A DNA stretch of 64,000 nt from an uncultured Spirochaetota bacterium (GTDB lineage Bacteria; Spirochaetota; Brevinematia; Brevinematales; JAOACQ01), in NCBI GenBank assembly GCA_963768055.1, contig CAVYGN010000002.1, positions 1,184,001-1,248,000 on the forward strand, given 5' to 3'. Of the stretch, positions 57,096 to 64,000 are shown piece after piece. Both the position numbers and the translations under genes were made by a program. Numbering within the stretch: the stretch's first letter is position 1; every line of letters begins with the position of its first letter. The notes below the pieces were generated by a model. That model saw only the letters and a program-made list of their open reading frames with translations. It was not told the DNA's origin and made no database searches.

Positions 57096-58839
57096 ACTTG
57101 TTATATTCCTTTGATTTTAAATAAAATGTATTATAACGGCCGCCTCTTTCGAGCAACTCTTTATGGCTGCCTTCCTCTACTACCCGGCCTTCTTCGAGAA
57201 CGAATATCCTGTCGGAATTCCTGGCCAGCTCGAGCCTGTGAGAAACCTCTATGATCGTAATCCCTTTTAACCTGCGAAGAGATTGTATAGTGCGGATTAT
57301 GCTTAACTCCGTTGCCGCGTCAAGAGCGGATGTTACTTCATCCAGGATCATAACCTTATTCCCGCGGGCAAGCATCCGGGCGAGAACCACTCTCTGTTTC
57401 TCTCCGCCCGAAAGGTTCTGGCCTCTTTCCAGCATGAGTGTATTTAGACCATCGGGAAGCTGTTTTATAAGAGTATCAAGCGAAACCTGTTCGCAGATCT
57501 CGTAAATTTGTTCATCGCTTAATTGACCGTCGGGATTGATATTGGCGCGAAGGGTATCGTTCAGGATAAAAGGCTCCTGGGGGACAACGCCGATGAGCTT
57601 TCTCAGGCTTCGGGTTTGAATATTGCGGATGTCCATGCCGTTGAGGAATATACTTTTTCCCGGCGCGTTGTATAGTTTAACAAGAAGCGAGATCAGGGTC
57701 GTTTTCCCTGCGCCCGAAGATCCCACAAGCGTACAGATGCTGCCGGTCGGGATAGAAAGGCTCAAATTCCTTAAAACAAAATTATCTTCCTTTACCTTGG
57801 GCATATTTCTTTTTTTTGACTTTCGTGCCGGGTATGAAAAATTCAGCCCGGTTATTTGAAGCCCTTCGCCTAACTCATTTATGATAAAGCCGTTGGTGGA
57901 TTCTTTCTTCAATCCCAGGAATGGGCGGATCTTTTCCCTGATCGGCCATAAAAAAAAACAGGCGGCGAAAGAATCAAAAAGAGTGCTGATGGGATAGATG
58001 ATAAGCCCCGCATATACAAGGTTGGTTATTATGTAACCTGGGGTATAACGGCCGGCTAAATATCCGTAGTAAGCAAAAACAAAGAAAACGACTAAACATA
58101 ACCGGACGGGCAATGATGCTCCTATGGCAAGAAGAGATTCGAATAATGCCGTTTTTACCGCCAGACGGCGTTCCCGGGTATTCAATTCCTCAAGTTGCCT
58201 GGTCTGCTCTTTATAAAGCCCGTAGCATTTGACTTCCCTGATTTTTAAAAACAGATTGTAAAAATGCTTGAAAATATCGTCGCGCCATTTCAATGAAAGT
58301 TTGCTGTAGTATGTTGAAAGTTTACTGAATAACCGGGTCCATAAAAAATACATCAGGATTGCGGACGTAAAGAGAAGGAAAATTTTAACTTCAAAAAAAA
58401 ACAGAAGGACGCCCAGTATTATTATAAGCTGCAATGCCGACATCAAAAAACGCAGAGAGCTCAAGACAAGATCCGAAAATTTTTCCATATCCGTTCCTAC
58501 CAGACCTATAATGGAGCTCGCCGAATGCCGTAGATAAAAAGAGTACGGATAATCGAGGAATTCATCCATGGAGCTCAGGCGTATGTTACGCGCGACGCCT
58601 GTACGGACATGGAATAAAAGAAACTGGATTACTACGTTAATAGCAATAGAAAAAACGCAGATCAGGATGATGATTCCGCAGAGCCTATACAACAGCAGTT
58701 CTGAAAAGCGGGGGATCAACTCGTCAAAAATAAGCTTGAATACCAATGGGCCCAGTAAGGTTACGCCCGCATAGACAATTGAAAGAAAAAAGATCAGAAT
58801 TATTAAATATGCATATGGTTTAAGAAATCGGAAAAGCAA
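57067..58839 (-). CDS. ABC exporter half-transporter (TMD+NBD)
   Basis: GSSGAGKTT, LSGGEKQR, LDEVTSALD; no N-terminal peptidase domain. Confidence 0.92.
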   Translation of the reverse strand: MLFRFLKPYAYLIILIFFLSIVYAGVTLLGPLVFKLIFDELIPRFSELLLYRLCGIIILICVFSIAINVVIQFLLFHVRTGVARNIRLSSMDEFLDYPYSFYLRHSASSIIGLVGTDMEKFSDLVLSSLRFLMSALQLIIILGVLLFFFEVKIFLLFTSAILMYFLWTRLFSKLSTYYSKLSLKWRDDIFKHFYNLFLKIREVKCYGLYKEQTRQLEELNTRERRLAVKTALFESLLAIGASLPVRLCLVVFFVFAYYGYLAGRYTPGYIITNLVYAGLIIYPISTLFDSFAACFFLWPIREKIRPFLGLKKESTNGFIINELGEGLQITGLNFSYPARKSKKRNMPKVKEDNFVLRNLSLSIPTGSICTLVGSSGAGKTTLISLLVKLYNAPGKSIFLNGMDIRNIQTRSLRKLIGVVPQEPFILNDTLRANINPDGQLSDEQIYEICEQVSLDTLIKQLPDGLNTLMLERGQNLSGGEKQRVVLARMLARGNKVMILDEVTSALDAATELSIIRTIQSLRRLKGITIIEVSHRLELARNSDRIFVLEEGRVVEEGSHKELLERGGRYNTFYLKSKEYNKYEKKSHTIS

Positions 58840-58848
58840 GGGATATTC

Positions 58849-60570
58849 CTATTCAGGCCACCAGGTAACCTGGTAAACCCGTTTTTGTGGAACTTCAACC
58901 CGGAATTCCATTAAGCTTTTGATGTCATTCCCGGTAAAGCCGAACTCTTTATAACCGTCATTGAGGGGGAAAAAGCGATCCCGGAATATCATTTTTCCTT
59001 CAAGCGATTTTCCCGTTGAATCGGATGAATGCACGGAGAAACATATCTTTATGCAGGCGGGTTCCCAATCTTTAGGAAGGTCCGCCAGGCTGACAACCAG
59101 AGCGGCTTCGTCTTTTATGCGGCAGATATGAGCGATAGATTTCTCACCCATGCTGCATTTCTTTGATCTGTCGCAATCAAGCTGTATCGGAAGAACTTCT
59201 TTCGGATTTTCTTTTGCAAACCAGCGCAGCTGGACATGAAAAGAAGATTTTGACTCGAGTGAAAAGCAGATGTCGCTTTCCTTAGGGAAACCGGGGAAAA
59301 ACATCTCCTGGTAAATTTCCTTTAACTCCGTCGCATTTCCATTAAAATCAAAAAGAATGCCTGAAGGTTCAGGATTTTTTGAAAAACCGGAAAGACTTAT
59401 TCCTATTCCGATAGCGCTGTAATGCCAGAAACTGGATATATCAGGAGATGGAATGACAAAATCCTCTTTTTCACGGACATCGAACTCATATCGCTGGTTT
59501 ATAACAGATAAAGGAAAAGCATTTTTCCGGGAAAAGTAGTCTTTCGAGAAGAGCCAGATCATCTTTTCGTCGCTATCACTGGCCTCATCCCTGTTTTTTT
59601 CCTTCGGGTCGATCACCTCCAGCGATACCCGATGAGAACCTTTTTCCATATTTTCAATTGTTATAACGGGATTGGGAGTAATTTCTCCCTGCAAACCGTC
59701 TATTCCGAATATGTATTGAAGATTCCCGCTGTCGGGGTTTATTACTGAAAAGCTCTGGCTTGCGTCGGCGATTATTTCACTCCCCTGGGCAGCTGTTTGC
59801 GGCAGGTTTAAGATAGCGACGGGGTTTTTACGGCTGTTTTTGACCTTTTGGGAGGCGCGAACGGCATATAAATATCCGACAGCAAAAATGTCATTATCTC
59901 TTCTTTGAATTTTATCATAAGTAACGACATCGAATCCCATATCCTGGACGCGCCGGTAGAGCGATTTCTCAGGATAGGCTTTGTGGGTTTCCATGACGAT
60001 CCGATCGACTCCTTCAAGATCATGCGAATCGGCGCCTGAAAGAATGTTTAATTCCGACCCTTCGGTGTCGATTTTGAGAAGAGAAATCCGTGGACTGTTT
60101 ATCTTATTCAAAAATCTTTTTAAGGTCAGGGCTTTGACCTTCGTTTTTTTAATCTTAGGCCTTTTATATTCCTTGAGAACATTCAGCAAAGGAAGAGATG
60201 CGGTAATGAGCCCCGAAGAGCTTAAATCTTCGAATTCGGGAATAAAGAGCGAAATAAATCCGTCTTCTTTCGATACTGCACACTGGAAAGGAGTAACTCT
60301 ATCCGAAAGTTTATTCCTCTTTATATTCGCACATAACAGATCGTAATTAAGCTTGCCGGGTTCAACTGCATAAACGAAAGCCCCGCGGTGTGCAGCGAAA
60401 AGAGAGAAGATGCCCTGGTTCGCTCCGAGATCGATAACTATATCTCCCTCGGCGATATGGTAATCCCTCTCGTAGAAAAGATTATCCCAGATCTCTTTTA
60501 TTATAGTTTCGGTATTGGGAATTAATTCGACAGTATAGCCATTCGGTAAGGAATGTATGGTTGTCTTCAT
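58849..60570 (-). CDS. FkbM-family methyltransferase + PKD-like domain + two WW/WF-ending modules (paralog of 53774)
   Basis: DLGANQG, VEPG, LLKIDTEGSE, METH; IIADASQS...KGSHRVSLEV. Confidence 0.88.
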   Translation of the reverse strand: MKTTIHSLPNGYTVELIPNTETIIKEIWDNLFYERDYHIAEGDIVIDLGANQGIFSLFAAHRGAFVYAVEPGKLNYDLLCANIKRNKLSDRVTPFQCAVSKEDGFISLFIPEFEDLSSSGLITASLPLLNVLKEYKRPKIKKTKVKALTLKRFLNKINSPRISLLKIDTEGSELNILSGADSHDLEGVDRIVMETHKAYPEKSLYRRVQDMGFDVVTYDKIQRRDNDIFAVGYLYAVRASQKVKNSRKNPVAILNLPQTAAQGSEIIADASQSFSVINPDSGNLQYIFGIDGLQGEITPNPVITIENMEKGSHRVSLEVIDPKEKNRDEASDSDEKMIWLFSKDYFSRKNAFPLSVINQRYEFDVREKEDFVIPSPDISSFWHYSAIGIGISLSGFSKNPEPSGILFDFNGNATELKEIYQEMFFPGFPKESDICFSLESKSSFHVQLRWFAKENPKEVLPIQLDCDRSKKCSMGEKSIAHICRIKDEAALVVSLADLPKDWEPACIKICFSVHSSDSTGKSLEGKMIFRDRFFPLNDGYKEFGFTGNDIKSLMEFRVEVPQKRVYQVTWWPE

Positions 60571-60587
60571 ATTTTATACTCCATTAA

Positions 60588-61556
60588 TCAGTTTTTTGCG
60601 GGCATATTCCTGTACCAATCATCCATCGGCAGGATATCTGCCGCGTTTCCATTCCTCACTTTATCAGGCCAGAAGGGATCGGAGACTAGAGGCCGGCAAA
60701 GAGCAACTAAATCCGCATCGCCATGAACAAGAATCCCTTCCGCGCTCTCCGGGGAAGCGATCCTTCCTGCGCCTATGACCGGAATATCGAGAATTTTTTT
60801 GATGGCGGAAAAATAGGGGGCAAAGCAAGCCTCCGGCTGTGTTTTATCCGGGCATTCGGAATTTTTTGGGCTCAAAGCCGTGCCGCCGGCAGAAACATCA
60901 AGGCAGTCCAGGCCGGCCTTTTGAAGCAATAAGCTCACAACCTTAGCCTCGTCGAGGATGAAACCCCCCGGAATAAGGTCTGTGGCGCTTATACGGTAAA
61001 AGAGAGTGAAACCGGAACCCACTCTCGATTTAATCGCTTCGACTGTCTCAATTTGGATAGATGACCTGGCTTCGAGCGGGCCGTTTAAGCGGTCTTTGCG
61101 TCTGTTGATCGCCGGAGAAAGGAGGTGCATGAAAAAACTATGGTGCGCGCCATGTATCTCCATTCCCGGAAAGCCTATTTCTTTAAGCTTTTCAGCGCAC
61201 TCGGCAAATGATTCGGGAATGGCGGAAATTTGAGATTCATTCATAGTGTTCACCCAGTCTCCCACGCCTGAAAAAACCTGGGGAATGATCCAGGCTCCTT
61301 GATCGCGGCATTCCGACATCAGCCTTTGCGAAGCTTCGCGAAAGGAGGGTGTATATAAATCCGAAAATCCGCCCGGAGTCGGCACAGGCATAACGATAAG
61401 ACCGGTTCCTCCCCTGGCGCGTTTTATATAGAACTCCCTGAATTCTTCGGACTGCGCCGGAATATTCAGGTATACCGGAGCGAACACGATCCGGTTGGAT
61501 AATTCAAAGCCGTCCCGAAGCTTGAAAGATGAAAAAAGCCGCCCATTTGTTTCCAA
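60588..61556 (-). CDS. NADH:flavin oxidoreductase (Old Yellow Enzyme family), atypical active site
   Basis: LSNRIVFAP, KRARGGTG, EIHGAH, LSPAINRRKD, LCRPLVSDP. Confidence 0.88.
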   Translation of the reverse strand: METNGRLFSSFKLRDGFELSNRIVFAPVYLNIPAQSEEFREFYIKRARGGTGLIVMPVPTPGGFSDLYTPSFREASQRLMSECRDQGAWIIPQVFSGVGDWVNTMNESQISAIPESFAECAEKLKEIGFPGMEIHGAHHSFFMHLLSPAINRRKDRLNGPLEARSSIQIETVEAIKSRVGSGFTLFYRISATDLIPGGFILDEAKVVSLLLQKAGLDCLDVSAGGTALSPKNSECPDKTQPEACFAPYFSAIKKILDIPVIGAGRIASPESAEGILVHGDADLVALCRPLVSDPFWPDKVRNGNAADILPMDDWYRNMPAKN

Positions 61557-61558
61557 AA

Positions 61559-62551
61559 TTAAACGCCTCCCCCATTAGTCCGAGCGGAAGGATTTATCTT
61601 TGTAACCATTGTATCGGTTATTCCCCCTGTGCACCATTCTTTACTGCAAACATGGGGTTCCGAAGGAAAATTCAATTCGGGATCGCTGATGTTGCCGATC
61701 TTTCCGGAATCACCGCACCAGCTCCTGTAGATATCTCCGCTTATATCGACGACAAGAAGTTCAAGACCTATGTAGCAGTTCCATCCTGGCCATGCATGCT
61801 TATTCTGAGTAATAATATCTCCCGGTTTAGTCAGTTCCTCGGAACCGTCGTCGTATACGAGCTTCATCAATCCGCGGTAGCTATCCCTCGTCCTTTTAAG
61901 TTTCAGCCTGCTGTTGATATCATGGCTTGCTTCAACGATCTGCTTCCTTTGTTCCGGAGTATAGGGATAAGGTTCGATAAAATCCCTCAGCACTATCTGA
62001 AGATCGATAGTTACATCGTCTGTTTCATTCAAGACCTTAAATGCGGCGTCAAGACATTCCTGAAAGTGGTCGGGATGAACCATTATGTTCACATGAGTAT
62101 AAACATCGCTTTTGATAAGGTTTATGACATTGATGAAGTGGTTAAGCTTAGTAAATTCGACGTGATAGCTTAAGCTGGCTTGAAAGAGATATTTTTTTGC
62201 CTCTTCCCAGAATATCAATTTCGGAGATCCGTTACTGCTGATGCTTACCTTCTGACCATTCTCTTTCTGACTGCGTATCAATGTGATAAAGTCCTTGAAT
62301 AGGGTCACTTCGCCGCCTGTATATAAAAAATATACTTCCTTTTTGAGTTTCTTTACGTAATGATCGATAATACGCTGGGAAAAGTCCATTATTTTATTGA
62401 TCGGCATGAAGGGGTAGGTCCCCGCATGCGTTCGCGGAGGGCAATATGAGCATAGAAAATTACACACATTGCTCACTCCCCAATCAACGATAAGTATATT
62501 CTCAGTCTTTTCGAACTGGTGCCTGAGCATAACCACATTTTTATCTTTCAT
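61559..62551 (-). CDS. Radical SAM enzyme with Cys-containing C-terminal extension
   Basis: CNFLCSYC, TGGEVT, ISSNG, WNCYIG...WCG...CSKEWC. Confidence 0.9.
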   Translation of the reverse strand: MKDKNVVMLRHQFEKTENILIVDWGVSNVCNFLCSYCPPRTHAGTYPFMPINKIMDFSQRIIDHYVKKLKKEVYFLYTGGEVTLFKDFITLIRSQKENGQKVSISSNGSPKLIFWEEAKKYLFQASLSYHVEFTKLNHFINVINLIKSDVYTHVNIMVHPDHFQECLDAAFKVLNETDDVTIDLQIVLRDFIEPYPYTPEQRKQIVEASHDINSRLKLKRTRDSYRGLMKLVYDDGSEELTKPGDIITQNKHAWPGWNCYIGLELLVVDISGDIYRSWCGDSGKIGNISDPELNFPSEPHVCSKEWCTGGITDTMVTKINPSARTNGGGV

Positions 62552-63621
62552 AATATAGATTCCTTATAGATCTTTACGACGCTATCCGCTTCCGTATTCT
62601 CAACCTGATGCAGGTTTATGAAATCGATATCCGCTATGATTTTATTGCTGATGAAACTATCGAATAGCTTTGGCGGGTTCGCTGTCCTGTATTTTTCCAG
62701 AAGATCGGGATAAAAACGACGGAATATTGACGTCACGATCGTTGACCGGTGCATTGGTGATTCCTCCCGGGGCTCTATAGTATTGAATTTTTGTCGGCTT
62801 TTGAGAGGGTAGAAAAAGGGACAATCAAAAAAATTCTCTTTCGGATCGGGCATACAGCTTTCAACCCCCGAAATTTTACAAGCCGCAGAAAATTCTTTGC
62901 AATATTCGAGACGCGCTGAAACTATTTCATCGATATCGCTTACCTGCTTTGTTAAAAAGTAGCATTGGATGGCGCTAAGACGATAATTGCAGCTCGCAAC
63001 CTCGAGTTTTCTCCGCGGTAAGGAAGGGCTTAATCCCCAATCTGATATAGCTTCGCATTCGGCTGCAAGCTCGGGGTCATTGGTGCTGATAAGGCCCCCT
63101 TCCCCGGAATTGATGATCTTTGAGCTTTGAAAGCTGAATGTGCCTGCATTCCCAAACGCGCCGGCCTTTATTCCATCCGCTGAACATGAGAAAGCCTGTG
63201 CGCAGTCTTCTATCAGGGCTATATTCCTGCTTCTGCAGTAATCCCTAATCTCGAAAATTTCCCGATTCATAAAACCGGAGAGATGGACGAGAATAACCGC
63301 CTTGACCCCGGACAGTTCCCTTTTTTTAAGAGATTCCAGGGTTAAACCAAAATATTCGGGGCTTACATCGGCAAAAACGGGTATCAGGCCGCAGTCAGCT
63401 ACGGCTGTCGCCGTTGCAATAAAAGACAGGTCGGGAATAATTACAAGGTCCCCCCTGTTTAATCTAAGGCCGCGCAGGGCAACTTCAATAGCAATGGTCC
63501 CATTGGTTACAGGTATAACATATTTACAACCAAGATAAGAGCTTATGCTGCTCTTGAATTCATGTATAACCTCTTCCTCAGGCTTGAAATGGGGAATAAA
63601 CGACTTAATATTATATTTCAT
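62548..63621 (-). CDS. DegT/DnrJ/EryC1/StrS PLP-dependent aminotransferase
   Basis: NGTIAI, SFIATA, IEDCAQA, FSFQSSKIINSGEGG. Confidence 0.92.
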   Translation of the reverse strand: MKYNIKSFIPHFKPEEEVIHEFKSSISSYLGCKYVIPVTNGTIAIEVALRGLRLNRGDLVIIPDLSFIATATAVADCGLIPVFADVSPEYFGLTLESLKKRELSGVKAVILVHLSGFMNREIFEIRDYCRSRNIALIEDCAQAFSCSADGIKAGAFGNAGTFSFQSSKIINSGEGGLISTNDPELAAECEAISDWGLSPSLPRRKLEVASCNYRLSAIQCYFLTKQVSDIDEIVSARLEYCKEFSAACKISGVESCMPDPKENFFDCPFFYPLKSRQKFNTIEPREESPMHRSTIVTSIFRRFYPDLLEKYRTANPPKLFDSFISNKIIADIDFINLHQVENTEADSVVKIYKESIL

Positions 63622-63623
63622 AT

Positions 63624-63998
63624 TTAAACCGGCATCATACGGTTTAATTCGTTTTTAAAGTCATTTAAAACGAAAGTATATTGAAGCTTGCCGTTTTTAT
63701 CTACATATGGCGGAAGGAGTATGTAAAATTGATTTTGGCCGGAAATACTGCAAACTTCCTTCGGGTCTAGCCTTATCCAGCGCTGGCCTTCATTGCTGAG
63801 AAAATAAACGGGTACAGGTAATGTGTTTACAAACTTATTCCTATCCTGGGTGCCGCGTATGCAGAGCCCGCGAATTGAATCGGAATTGAACCAGGCGAAA
63901 TGGTACTTATTATGGGGCCATTCCTGCCAGTCTTCGATCCTGATATTATAATGAATATTTTGGATTATATCGCGATAAACCGATAAAGAAGGGGTTTC
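63624..63998 (-). CDS. 3' part of a hypothetical protein entering from outside the window
   Basis: Manual translation: open 124-codon frame ETPSLSVYRD...NELNRMMPV*, ending 2 nt before the aminotransferase ATG. Confidence 0.7.
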   Translation of the reverse strand, partial: ETPSLSVYRDIIQNIHYNIRIEDWQEWPHNKYHFAWFNSDSIRGLCIRGTQDRNKFVNTLPVPVYFLSNEGQRWIRLDPKEVCSISGQNQFYILLPPYVDKNGKLQYTFVLNDFKNELNRMMPV

Positions 63999-64000
63999 CT

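Noticed and set aside
61529..62173. 214-aa antisense ORF over the radical SAM gene
   Set aside because: No motifs; shadow of a well-supported gene, like the many other antisense ORFs in the track.
49999..64000. RiPP interpretation of the radical SAM cluster
   Set aside because: No precursor peptide, PqqD-like RRE or peptidase-containing transporter visible; cannot be excluded beyond the window edge.

Overview
Bacterial chromosomal DNA, AT-leaning and gene-dense, with an accessory character. I saw no rRNA, tRNA, CRISPR array or intact transposase. The lipoprotein style, the Lol-like operon and the LacI-sensor fusions would fit an anaerobic spirochaete, but the taxon cannot be established from the sequence. 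Left part (1-30 kb): AraC and membrane-anchored LuxR regulators, tandem TolB-like propellers plus a DUF362 lipoprotein, a 1979-aa Ser/Thr-His hybrid kinase feeding an HD-GYP regulator, an EXPERA-SDR-nitroreductase operon, lipid enzymes and several gene remnants. Middle (30-46 kb): a LolCDE/LolA-like export operon with paralogous DUF3108-like proteins, TetR-controlled methyltransferase/MATE units and fumC. Right end (47-64 kb, running off the window) is the most interesting. It holds a putative biosynthetic cluster of three radical SAM enzymes, two FkbM methyltransferases, a GT2, a DegT aminotransferase, an atypical Old Yellow Enzyme and a heterodimeric ABC exporter. An unrecognised ~100-aa module ending in WW/WF occurs six times across four of these enzymes. 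Beside the cluster, a LacI-sensor sigma54 activator lies upstream of an apparently leaderless, sigma54-promoted 92-aa orphan. Three genes are each split by one missing base, most likely a sequencing artefact. Family assignments come from motif recognition by eye; no database searches were run.
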